The notes under the pieces were generated by a model. It was given only the letters and a program-made list of their open reading frames with translations, was not told the DNA's origin and ran no database searches. The translations under genes were made by a program, and so were the position numbers. Positions 41,076 to 52,684 of a stretch of 64,000 nucleotides of DNA are shown piece by piece (position 1 is the stretch's first letter; the number at the start of each line of letters is the position of its first letter). The stretch is from Felis catus (taxonomy: Eukaryota), in the NCBI RefSeq assembly GCF_018350175.1, contig NC_058368.1, forward strand, positions 21,888,001 through 21,952,000, given 5' to 3'.

Positions 41076-41275
41076 GGGTCACCTGTGTGATTGTCAGTGA
41101 AGCGTCTGATTCTTGATTTTGGCTCAGGTCATGATCTCACGGTTCGTGAGTGTGAGCTCCACTTCTGGCTCTGTGCTGACAGCGTGGAGCTTGCTAGAGA
41201 TTCTGTCTCATTCTTTCTCTGCCCCTCCCTTGCACGCGCACTCTCTCAAATAAACAAACTTAAAAAACCCAAAAA
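41076..41275 (+). mobile_element. Older Can-SINE
   Basis: TSD aaaagcagactttgt. Confidence 0.9.
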
Positions 41276-41391
41276 TAAAAAGCAGACTTTGTGATGACAG
41301 GTAAATTTGGTATAAGTGGAGTAAAATATTCAAATTTATCTGAGTCATTATGAGCTGGAACTAGTCTCAAAGGATAATAACAGTTTATGCA

Positions 41392-41397
41392 TTTATT
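41392..41397 (-). terminator. Possible PHF11 polyadenylation signal
   Basis: TTTATT on + (AATAAA on -) about 600 nt past the PHF11 stop; the first canonical hexamer I noticed. Confidence 0.45.
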
Positions 41398-41995
41398 GAG
41401 CATCATAGGTGCTGGGAATGTGTTGAGAGCAAAGCACAGGAATAGTGAGATTTTGCCCTCAGAATTTATACCCTAACGGTGGGATGTAAGATACAATGGG
41501 TTACCTTGGGAAGTGATCTCAGAGGGAAGAAGGGGTAGAACTGGTGTAATGAGATCTGCAGGCAGAACAGGCAGAGAAAGGAAACAGAGTAGTTAAGGCT
41601 TCACAGCAGGACAAGCAAAGGCCCTGGGGGGAGCCTTTACTTCCAGGAGCATCTTGTATGTTATTGAAGTCAACTTAGATCACTGGAGTGGGGGAAGCAT
41701 GGGAGGCAATGCACCAGCATGAAGCCACCATAGGACTTTCAGGGCAGAGGGTGGGTGAGATGGGAGGTATAATCTAATTTACTCAAGTAGAATCTGAGAA
41801 ACATGTTGTTGGAGAACAGAAGTGAGATGATAAGAGGGAGGCAGTAAATACCCAGTCAGGCATGAAATGTAGGAACAGGTAAGAGTTGATGAGGATTGAA
41901 GTTTGAGGACCAGAGAGACCTGAGAGGCGTAGGTCTAAAGATGTGTGGCTTCCACAGGTTAGATCTTCCGTTCGCAGCCTGCTTGCAGCTGAGAC

Positions 41996-42177
41996 TCATT
42001 CCTGGCCCAGGAAATAGTAATCCTTAGAAGACCCAGAAGATACTGAAGTAGAACTTGACCTAAGTTCTCTATCTTCTTGAAGAGACCGCAAGGTTTTTTT
42101 TAAGTCCTGAAGTCCTTCAATCTCTTCCTTCAGTTGCTTCTGCCTTTCTTCACATTGATCAATTTTATTCTCTATTG
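41996..42177 (-). CDS. PHF11: PHF11 terminal coding exon (exon 10 equivalent), coiled coil
   Basis: Minus strand tcacag|CA ATA ... GAA TGA; (A)IENKIDQCEERQKQLKEEIEGLQDLKKTLRSLQEDRELRSSSTSVSSGSSKDYYFLGQE*. Confidence 0.93.
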
Positions 42178-43888
42178 CTGTGATAAGAAATGAAATGATT
42201 TCAGTTGGTAGTTTTATCAACAATGGACTATTTCTAGCCCCTTTTACATGCAAGTGCACAGTAGTACACAGTGCTGTGCAGAGGGCCTGGTGAGAGCAGG
42301 AGCTGGTTCTTGTATGCCTTTTCTTCCTCTTCTAATTCAGGATAGAATTCTAGTATTTATCACATACAGCTGGTCGGTACATCTTTAGAGCTTGACTCTC
42401 TATTGTGTATCTTTGAGAACTCAAAAGCAGAGGCTGTATTATCTTCATGCTACACTATATCTGTAAAGTGGAGAGAGCATGTGTGTAGAATAGCAAGGTT
42501 AAGGGCAAATCATTTATAAAATTGCATCCAATTTTTAATGTTATATAAAAGCTTTTGATTTTATTTAGGAATAGGAAGGCTTTTATTGTGGAAACAGGCT
42601 CTGTAAATAACAATATTACTCAGTGACAATGTCGTTTTTTGAAAACTTAGAAGTTGAAGAATATTAAAACGCACACATACATAATCTTTCTCTAGAATAC
42701 CTGTAGTTAACTTTCTTGAACATTAGAAAGGCTAAATTAAGCAAGATGAGATGTCAAAAGTTAGGCCTTTTAAGTTCTAATGCAATTCCAAATAATGCCT
42801 CCTCTTGGTGACCCACACCTCCCAAATACTACACTGTAATGTGTATACTCTCAACCTATGCAAATAGTGACAGGTGCTAGAAATGTAACTTTTATATGAA
42901 AGTTTCCTACAAAATTAGGCTTAAAAATTTTTTTTAAAGGCTGCTTTAAAAAATATATGGATACTCACATTAGCAGTATGCATTCTCAAGAGACTATTAA
43001 AGGATATGTTGGTTTTTCTGATTAAAAATGTAATACAGAATTTGAATGGAGTGTAGGGCACAGTGTACAACTTTGGGGGAGCTATTTACACCAAATTCTG
43101 TGCGAATGTGTGTCTCCCACTCTGGCCAGGATGTGCAGTGCCCAGCCTGTCCAGCTGTGTGGGGCAGCTTGAGAGAGAGGTTGATCAGACTCATCAGTAA
43201 GTGGAAATTTAGTCAGTTTTGAAAGCATGTTAATGGTACAAGGACCTACTCAGTAAATGGTTGATGTATTATTAACATACAATGTCGTATCAGTTTCAGG
43301 TATACAATATAATGATTCAATAAAACCTTTCTGTAAAGTAGCAACCATTTAAGTCTCTGCTCCCTCCAGGCTTTCTTCTTTTTCAAAAGTTTCTTGATTT
43401 TTTTCTTGCTCATCTTTTTTAAAACTTGAGAATAAATGAATTACAACCCTCCTTCCCTAATACCGAGAGAATTAAAATTTGTACACATTAAGTCCAGGGA
43501 GGGAGTCAAGCAGCCATGGAGTTTATCACAGCCTTGCTGCCTCACCAGTTCCTGCTGAGACCTGAATAAGGGGACTGAATACCTCCCATTTTGCAATCAT
43601 TTAAAAAAGTAGGAACAAAAAATGGAGTTTTTACTGATTACTAAGATACTGTGTATATGTGGAAAATGTAATGTGGCACTGTCCAGCCACTTACAGAGAA
43701 CGATGGTTTCCATTTGGGTGCACTTTTTCTGTTGTGTGTGTGAGTGAGGGGTCATAATGCTTTGCAATGGGCTTTTTCATTTAATAAGACAAAATTCTTC
43801 TGAAATAGGATTTTTACCTGCTGCATAGTAGTGTATTACTTTAATATATATATTTATAAACTGTGCTGCTCAGTTATAACTCACGTAC

Positions 43889-43960
43889 CTGTTTGAAAAT
43901 TTACAAATGTGTCTTCAAACAATCTACTGTCAAAAAGTGAAGTCCCAATTTCTTCATAGT
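43889..43960 (-). CDS. PHF11: PHF11 coding exon (exon 9 equivalent)
   Basis: Minus strand ctacag|AC TAT ... ACA G|gtacgt; 72 nt; (D)YEEIGTSLFDSRLFEDTFVNFQT. Confidence 0.95.
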
Positions 43961-44094
43961 CTGTAGGGAGAAAAACATTTTGTTTTAATTTAAATAATTT
44001 ATGTAGGCAGAAACACCTTACAAAGTAACCCCAAATAAGGAAAAGTAACCAGAGCAGCCAAGCACGGGGAACTGTGGTACCTGTCAGAATCAGA

Positions 44095-44230
44095 CTGCTG
44101 AAGCAGCAGTATCCCCTGGGGACTTGTTAGAAATGCAAATTCGTGGCTGGGTGAGGCCCAGGTACGTGTTTTAACAAGCCCTGCAGGGATTCTGAGAGGC
44201 AAGTTCAAGTTTGAGAAGTGCTTGGTCTAA
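44095..44230. mobile_element. MER5-like hAT-Charlie DNA transposon fragment
   Basis: cagcagtatcccctggggacttgttagaaatgcaaattc...ttttaacaagccc...gattctga...aagtttgagaa. Confidence 0.75.
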
Positions 44231-44966
44231 AGTAAAGAAATGAATGAAAGAATGTCATGAGTGAGCTTTTGGAAATGTCTTGATAATTTCACTTTTTGAT
44301 TTTGTCGTGTTGAAAATAATCCCTCTCAGATAACCGTATACTTTACATTGTTGCCTAGAGTCGAGACTTGTCGAGCTTTTCCTTGTAAGATAACTCCATT
44401 TATCATGAAGTTTAGAAGCTCACGGTGTAGGTTCTAAGAAGGCAAAGTGGCTATACACTGCGTATACAAATGGAACTTTGGCTTTCCAGACAGCTTTTTT
44501 TACAAACGGTCACATTTAACTAAATGAAACATCAAAGCATTACTTTTCCTTCAGTGAATTTTGAGTTAACATTATAAACAGAGATGTGAGGAATAGAATT
44601 TGAGTCAAATCAAAACTGAATGCCATTTTCAGATGTTGGCAACAAGTTGTTGGCTGTATGACTGCGTGTGGTTCTGAACATACCTATCCCGTTGGGGGTC
44701 ACTCTCAGCTACGCACTTCTGGAAAGTACATCGAAACTTTCAGGGCATTAGGGTGCTTTTGACTGCATTAGGTTTCTGAATTACCCACATCCTACTGATT
44801 TATTATAAACAGGATCTCTAGAGATCTGAAGCATTGAATTGTGTCAAAGAATGAGATAAGGCAAAGAAAAAGAAACCACACAGAAAGAAAAGGTACACTT
44901 TTTGTTTTGTTTTACAAGTAGGTTTGTGAGAAGCCTCTACATGTAGAAATGTTGCTATTTCAGTAC

Positions 44967-45107
44967 CTGATTCGGAAGCAGTCTCATCCATGAGTCTTTC
45001 TTGAATCAAATGAAGTTTGTCTAATATTTCTTCAAATAAATCATCAAGAAGACCCACTTTCTTACATTTCTTAAGAAAATCAATTTTCACACTTGATCTA
45101 ATTGCAT
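44967..45107 (-). CDS. PHF11: PHF11 coding exon (exon 8 equivalent)
   Basis: Minus strand ttttag|AT GCA ... TCA G|gtactg; 141 nt; (D)AIRSSVKIDFLKKCKKVGLLDDLFEEILDKLHLIQERLMDETASES. Confidence 0.95.
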
Positions 45108-45758
45108 CTAAAAATAAGAAACACATTTTAGAAGGAAATGGTCTCAGGTCTGCTATCATCAATCCCTATGTGGTCACTTCTGCAGACCTTGCCTAGTGAT
45201 GGAGGAGCACAATTAGTAAGATAATAAATACAGCACCTTTGTCTTTTAATTGTAATTTTCACCATGCTTCATTTTTTTCCCTAGCTGAAACAATGAATGT
45301 TACAACTAATTCTATGAATCAAGAGGATTTTCTGAAATTTGGTTTCAAATCTTTGATAGCCTCCTGTCATTTTTTTTTTCTGTCACAATTATTGTGTGTC
45401 ATGACAGAATGTCTATGTTTCCTTGACAGAAACCTGTAATTACTGGCTTCAGCTTCCTGGGGGGAGTGGAGGGTACAGTGCAAGGGGCAGCATGTCACTG
45501 GATTCTGAGCTCAGGTAACCCTGGCTTCTAGATCAGGAAGTATATCCTTTCTTAGTACAAAGAACAATGGACCATCCCTACCTAAAATTACTTTGATCTG
45601 CTGGCCTTATGATAGAGTGGACGGCTACGATAAAAGGTTCCTATTCTAACAATTACCACAAGTCCAGAAGAATAAAGTGGGATACCAATTTTGAAATAAA
45701 TGAGTCTTCGTTGTTATAAGTATTGCAAGTCATATTTGTTACAAAATTTATAGCAAAC

Positions 45759-45825
45759 CTGTGTGTCTGCTCTCCTCCTCCTTCATTTCTTGTATGAATC
45801 TATTGAGTGTCATTGTTTCAGATGG
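45759..45825 (-). CDS. PHF11: PHF11 coding exon (exon 7 equivalent)
   Basis: Minus strand ccctctag|CCA TCT ... ACA G|gtttgc; 67 nt; PSETMTLNRFIQEMKEEESRHT. Confidence 0.92.
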
Positions 45826-46489
45826 CTAGAGGGAGAGAAGAATCAAGATTACACTTACTGTTGGCATTTAATGTTGCGTAAAATGAAAACCAATGTTTTG
45901 TTGCACGTAATTCATCAATGTGCCCATGGTGAAAATCATGCCCCATATTCATTGATAGTTTACATGTAAATATCAAATGTATTTTTGTATAACAAAACAT
46001 CAAGAGTTGTGACTAGCCCCTGTTGTATAAACAGCAAGAGGTGAAAGGTTGCTAGCTCATATTCATTTAGCTCATATGAGCTGATACATAAAAAACTTTC
46101 AAGTTCCCAAAATACTTCATACACTTTACACATAATAGTAATGCAGAAAATTATGAGTTATAAGTTAGGTCAAGTGTGGATCGTGCAGCTGAGAAATACT
46201 TGGCTAGGTAAGGATGCTTTGCTGCACCTTGCCCACATTAAGACCATAAGTGCACTGTGCACTTAGACACTCTCACTGATGTGGTCCCAGGGCATGTGTT
46301 ACAGGAGCCATGGGACCTGTCATCTCCTGCAGGTCATGTGCTAGGATACCCAAGACACAGGCAACTTTTCTTTTACATTCACCTTATGTTTCTGGTACCA
46401 TATCACCTGATATGTAGAACTTCTGTTTAGAACTGTTAAGGACTTTGTGTAAAGAAACTGAAAGCTATAATAAAATGAAGTCAAATTAC

Positions 46490-46545
46490 CTGTACAGGAA
46501 CGCCTGTTGAGAGGCGTTTCTTTCTTCCTCTTTTTCTTTTCAGTC
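46490..46545 (-). CDS. PHF11: PHF11 coding exon (exon 6 equivalent), basic NLS-like motif
   Basis: Minus strand tttttcag|GA CTG AAA AGA ... GTA CAG|gtaatt; 56 nt; (G)LKRKRGRKKRLSTGVPVQ. Confidence 0.88.
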
Positions 46546-47140
46546 CTGAAAAATCAGTTGAAAATATGAATCATGTAGAAACCAGAATCCATAAAGGAAA
46601 AGATAGATGCTTGACTACATAAAATATAAAACTGTATGCTAAAAGTTATTACAAAGTTGAAAGATATGGTAGACTTAGACTAAATGTTTGCAACACATAT
46701 GATAAAGTACCAATTTTTAAAATCTATAAATCAATATAAAAAAGAGCAGAAAATGAGCAAAGGGGGGGACCCTCTAGGAAGAGTTCATTAAAGAAAAAGA
46801 CTGGATCACAGGAAAACAAATATAATTGATGAAAAGATAGGGGGATACATTCACCTTTACTCCTAAGTGAAGACATGCAAAGTATTTCTCCTACCAGACT
46901 GACAAAGATGAAGGTGTTTAATATATAATGTTTGGAGGGATTGGGATAATTGTGTACTGCTGGTATTACAGCCTCTTTGGAAGGTAATTAGCCCATTGTT
47001 ACCACAGCTTCATTGTTTATACTCTTGGACCCAGCAATCTACATGAAGTTTTCAAAATGGTACGGCTCATAAAGGCACAACGATGAATGGGAAAAAATGT
47101 TAACTACATTATTTAATGTGATAGAAAATTATGGAAAAAA

Positions 47141-48297
47141 GGGCGCTTGGATGACCCAGTCCCTTGAGCATCCAACTCTTGATTTTGTCTCAGGCCATGA
47201 TATCAGGGTTGTGGGACTGAGCCTGGCATCAGGCTCGGCACTGAGCATGGAGCCTGCTTAAGATTCTCTCTCTCTGCCTCTCCCCTGCCCGCATGTGTGC
47301 TCTAGCTCACTCTCAAAATAAAAAGAAAATGGAAATAACCTAAGTGTCTATTATGCAGAAACTAGTTCAGTTGTAATTCAGCTATGCAACTGATACACTG
47401 GAATAACATGCTGCCTTTTAAAACCAAGGTATGTGTGTTTGTATGGACATGGAAGGATCTCTAAAATACAGTGGGTGAAAAGAAAATATAGTTACTACTA
47501 TATTTTGTATATACATGAAATTTTTAGAGGAATACAAATGAAACTGATAGTTTCTTCTGGGGAGAGGATTCATAACAGTGTTCTCATCTGCTTTTCAAAA
47601 CTATTGATTTTTTAAATTTCTTTAAAAATAAAACTAATACATTGTTACCTTTCCCTATCAATAAACACTGATTGGGGCACCTGGGTGGCTCAGTTGGTTA
47701 GCCTCCCACTTCATCTCAGGACATGATCTCACGATTTGGGGGTTTGAGCCTCACACCGGTGTGGAGCCTGCTTGGGATTCTCTCTGCCCCTCCCCCACTT
47801 GTGCTCTCTATCAAAATAAACTTTAAATGTTTTTTTAAAAATAAACATTGGTCAACAGCTATATTTTTAATAGTAATTTCTTTTAAAAAAATTTTAATGT
47901 TTTATTTTTGAGACAGAGACAGAGCATGAGCAGGGGAGGGGCAGAGAGAGAGGCAGACACAGAATCTGAAGCAGGCTCCAGGCTCTGAGCTGTCAGCACA
48001 GAGCCTGACGCGGGGCTCGAACTCACGAACTGCGAGATCATGACGTGAGCCAAAGTTGGACGCTTAACCAACTGAGCCACCCAAGTACCTGTAATTTTTT
48101 TTTTTTAAATATTTTGAGAGAGAACAAGCACACCTGTGTGAACAGGGAAGGGACAGAAAGGGAGGGAGAGAGAGAATCCCAAGCAGGTTCCTTGCTGTCA
48201 GTACAGAGCCCAACGTGGGGCTCAGTCTAACTGTAAGATCATGACCTCAGCCAAAATCACTGAGTCACTTAACCAACTGAGCCACCCAGGAGCCCCT
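47141..48297. mobile_element. Cluster of four Can-SINEs (47141-47325 +, 47674-47840 +, 47881-48090 -, 48095-48297 -)
   Basis: SINE heads, (CT)n tracts and tails recognisable in each copy. Confidence 0.9.
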
Positions 48298-48679
48298 GAT
48301 AGTACTTTCTGATAAAAGGGTAATGACTGAAAAATGAACAACATTGTTTAGAGTGTTGTTTACTACCAAAAAAATGCAGTTGCTATAACATGGAACTAAG
48401 CCTTTCCAAAGAGGTCCTGACTCTGGTCCACAGTAAGCATTCCAGATTTAGTGCTGATAAGACATTGCTGGTCAGGAGTACACAGAGGCCATTCATGAAT
48501 GACTGTACATCCCATTGCTTCAGTTAGCCAGGGCCCACTTTTCCTTAATTAGAACTGAAATGCTAACCACGAATCTTGAGAAAAATTCAGGGAGCATGCA
48601 GCAAATTATCAATGTTATCTACTGAAAATTCTGATACTCGTTTAGAAGAGAAACAGTCACAAAAGTCAAAGCTTTTTAC

Positions 48680-48739
48680 CATATCCTCGGTTGGTCTTCT
48701 GCTTGTAGTGAGTAGGGGAGATACCAGACAGAGACTTTC
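48680..48739 (-). CDS. PHF11: Candidate additional in-frame 60-nt PHF11 exon
   Basis: Minus strand cttttcttctgtgcacctactttcag|GA AAG ... TAT G|gtaaaa; phase 1-1, open: (G)KSLSGISPTHYKQKTNRGY. Confidence 0.55.
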
Positions 48740-48935
48740 CTGAAAGTAGGTGCACAGAAGAAAAGTTAGTCCATTAACATTGCACACTGCACAAAGAGAC
48801 TGGCAATTTTATAAATAGGTAAAAATTTAACTCAAAAACTTATTTAATTCAGTGAGGCTAGTAAATCAGACTTCCATGTTTTACCTAAATGTATACCTTT
48901 CTTTAAACACACAGTACTAAATTTTACAGACGTAC

Positions 48936-48979
48936 CATCATGAGTGTCTTTCAGTGCAGCATGTTGTTGGCAGAACACT
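48936..48979 (-). CDS. PHF11: PHF11 coding exon (exon 5 equivalent), end of PHD (CxxH)
   Basis: Minus strand tttcag|A GTG TTC TGC CAA CAA CAT ... GAT G|gtacgt; 44 nt; VFCQQHAALKDTHD. Confidence 0.9.
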
Positions 48980-50191
48980 CTGAAAACAGGCAATTTCAAA
49001 GAATTGTTAATATTTTTACTTACGCTTTTAAAATATGCCAGTTTTCCTATGATTTAAAAAGGAACTAACCTATTTTTCATGATGACTTTACCCTAAATAT
49101 TTGTTACAGAAAAATACTGTCCCACACCTGTGTAAGTTATGCTCATCAAGTGCAGACGGCACCTCTGTCAGATGTCTTTTGCGTTCTCAGCCCTCGAGTA
49201 CGCTCTCTGAAGGAGCGTGTGCGAAATATTTTGAACAATAAGTAGTTCATATATAGTAGTCAGTGGGATTTTACTGTATAAAGATATCAGGAGCTCCCAT
49301 GTCTAAGACAAATTTTCATCTGACTACACAAAGTTCTGATTTTCAACAAAAGCACAAAATTGCATGCGTTAATTTTGGGAAAAGTAGTTTTCTAACTCAA
49401 CAGATCTCTCCCCCAGAACTTAGGGCTGAACTGCATGAATCTAGAATGGATCAATGCACTGGAAGAGAAGAAAGCAGCATAGCACACTATGAAGAAGAAA
49501 TGGAGTGAGTTTTGAGGAGCTGCTCAGGCCCCGTTTTTTCCCCAGGCTTTCTTCCTCCTTAGCCTCCAGCTACGTCTCCCTTCCTTTCCTTATTGTGCTG
49601 ACCCTCAGGAGGCAGGGTCCCTGTTGCCTAAGGGAACATATGAATTCTTCTCGTCTTACGCCAGTTTCCACCTCTTCCAAGCAATCTTCCTGGAAATCCA
49701 CCATTTGCCAAGCAAAGCTAATCTCCTCACCCTTTGAATTCTAGTATCTGAGCACTTTCATTTCTTTTTTTATTACGAAGAATTTCAAACATATATAAAA
49801 GTGTTAGAGAGATGATGAACGTCATGGCCCCCACCCCTCACCTAGTTTCAACAATTGTCAACTCAAGGCCAAGCCAGTGTCATGTGAATCCCTTCCTGCT
49901 CCTATCATGCCACATGCTTCTAATCTGGCCTTTCTGGTCCTTCAGCAAGGTGATAGGTTTTCTGAGACTTAGTCCATGTCCTGTGTCTCTTCCTAGTCTT
50001 ACTACACCTAACAAGATGTCTTATGTATGACAGGCACTCTAACAACTGAATGTTTAAATTCAATTAAAAAAATCCATAGAAATTCACCTGATACTTGATA
50101 ATGACAAAAATGATTTTAGTGAGTCTCTATTCATTGGTTCTACTAATACAAGATCAGTATTTTTGCAAACTTTAAGATATAGCAGGAACTT

Positions 50192-50930
50192 GGGGTGCCT
50201 GGGTAGCTCAGTTGGTTGAGCCTCTCTTGATTTTGGCTGAGGTCATGATCTCGATTAATAAACATAAAAAAAGGGTGGGGTGCCTGGGTGGTGCAGTCGG
50301 TTAAGCATCCGACTTTGGCTCAGGGCAGGATCTCAGCTCCTGAGTTCGAACCCCAAGTCAGGCTCTGTGCTGACAGCTCGGAGCCTGGAGCCTGCTTCAG
50401 ATTTTGTCTCTCTCTGCCCCTCCCCAGCTCATGCTCCATCTCTCTCTCTCTCTCTCAAAAATAAACATTAAAAAAAAAAATGCAGCAGGAACTTGACTCC
50501 TTTTTGTTCAGTCTTATAGGTCTGCTAATAACAGTCTGTTTAGTGGTTGTTTGAGGTCATTATGGAAGTCATAATTAAATGAACTCTTTAGGAAGGTAAA
50601 AACAAAAAAAGTGAAACTATTGCAGCCCATGAGTTTCACAAATCAAATATAAAAAGAAGATGGTACAGAAACATTTATATATTCCTTTCTAGTCTCAAAC
50701 AATAAAATACCTATGGACCTTCCTCAAAATCAGATTTAAAATGGTCAATTTTTTAAGTTTATTTTGAGAGAGCATGAGTAGGGGGCAGAGGGAAGGAGAG
50801 AGAGAGAATCCCAAGCAGGCTCCATACTGTCAGCACCAAGCCCAACTTGGGCCTTGATCTCACAAACTGTGATATCATGACCTCAGCCAAAATCAAGAGT
50901 TGGAGGCTTAACTGAGCTACCCAGGCACGC
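50192..50930. mobile_element. Can-SINEs (partial 50192-50255 +, 50277-50480 +, 50750-50930 -)
   Basis: SINE consensus segments. Confidence 0.88.
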
Positions 50931-51004
50931 CTTTAACAAATTTCTTGTAATGGTAGGCTTGCCCCTATTGTTTTAGAATATATGGCCCCTAAGCCTTAAG
51001 AGGG

Positions 51005-51220
51005 TACTGTGGTGAGGAGCAAGCCCTATGAAGCCCTAAAGCCCAGCTCGAATACTCATCAGCTGTGTGAGCTGGACAAATTACTAAGTCTCGCAGGGAC
51101 TCAGTGTCTTTGTCTGTAAAGCTGGGGTAATAATATCTACCTCACTGGGCTGTTAGGCAGATTAAAAGAGCATTTGTAAAGTACTTGGAAGTATTTATGG
51201 CACAAAGTAAGTGATTATTA
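51005..51220 (+). mobile_element. MIR
   Basis: agctgtgtgagctggacaaattact...ctcagtgtctttgtctgtaaagctggggtaataatatctacctca. Confidence 0.8.
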
Positions 51221-52286
51221 GATAAAATAATACAAAATGATAAAACTGGAGATATGTGCCCAAAGAGGAAAAAAATCTAGCCTATAAATGCAATTTTAAA
51301 ATATAACTTAGGAGCTCACAAAAATCATATTAAAAACATAGTGCTCTCATTCAGAATATTATGAATAAAAATATATACTCCATTGAAATTTAAAATATTC
51401 AATCAGAATGTATGCACAGGCCCTAAGGAAGTGAGAAGTGTCTGTCTGGCTCTTCAAGCCATCATTTTCTTTTTTATTCCATTCCATAACTTTAAAAAAA
51501 GTCAAAACTTCTTCTAGATATTTTCTTAACTTTATATGTCATGTTTTAGACTGCATCTACATACCAAAAAAGGGTAATCAATTGAATCAGTTCAGTTAAC
51601 AACTGGCTTACCGATTCCATCTGACTAAATTGTCTTATATAACTGAACTGCCATCTTTCATCAGAAGGAAGATCAAGTTTCTTCATTGATAAAACAAATA
51701 CAATTCTATTGGACTTGAAACATGCCATACTGGGTCCAAATTACCATTAAAGAATCACTGAAAGAAGAGAAGCAAGATTTAACAGCCAAAGACAATTCAA
51801 ATAGAATTAATTTCTTCAAGAACTCAATGACTGATTACTGTATTTGCTGCATAGTTTATCATTTTTAAAAGCTGTTTATATGTAAGATGGCGGTGAGAGT
51901 GGTGGGAAAAAAGCATTCAGCAGACAAGATGGATAAACCATGGACTTGTGGCCAACAAGTAAGGCTCCTGTTAGGAGAAGGGGGCAATAGTCAACTGGTC
52001 CTGTGGCCACCCATTAGGTCACTCATGCCACTATGGCAACCAGCACTTTTTACCAGGAAGAAAAGGATGTAGGAAGAATAAAATCAAAACCGACCCTGCT
52101 TATTTTCTTTCTATTAGATTTAGGGAAGGTGTCGTGAAGTCAGGTTCCCAACTGAGCATCCCCCAAACCATGTTCTTACTTGGAAACCATTTGCATGAAA
52201 TTATCTTTGAAAATCTGTTTGTCTTAATCTAACCACTCCTTATTCCATCCCCCCAAATGTAGTTTTAAAATTGTTTGATTAAATAC

Positions 52287-52420
52287 TTATAAATTCCTCG
52301 AGATCTATCGGTTTGTAGAACCGCGTGGGCATTCTTGGCACAGAAAAAGTGGTAACTCTTGAGACAGGCTTTTATATCACATCCCACGGTGGCTCCTCTT
52401 TTGTTACAGAATGCACACGT
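52287..52420 (-). CDS. PHF11: PHF11 coding exon (exon 4 equivalent), PHD core
   Basis: Minus strand ttatag|ACG TGT ... TAT AA|gtattt; 134 nt; TCAFCNKRGATVGCDIKACLKSYHFFCAKNAHAVLQTDRSRGIY(K); CxxC-GA.VGC-C-YHxxC ePHD pattern; absent from the ORF track. Confidence 0.95.
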
Positions 52421-52684
52421 CTATAAAAGAACAGATTTTACTGAGTAAGCACCTGTTTTTCATAATCTTTTTTAAAATTTAAAGTTAAAGGTGTCATTAA
52501 ATCTTATTCTTAAAGTCAGCAGCCCTAATGTCCTCATCCACAAATGTTAGGTATTTACAGCTGGCTGCTCATTTTGAAATTTCAGCAAAACCTCTGCTAG
52601 GTAAAGTGTTTGGTTTGTACTGGCCTGTAATAATTTGACGAAAAGCAGAAAACCCTTTCTATTTACCCCCCACCACCAAAAAAA

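Noticed and set aside
51546..51728. 60-aa minus-strand ORF as a PHF11 coding exon
   Set aside because: Its frame is not the one entered from the upstream PHF11 exon, which stops early; kept only as a poison-exon candidate
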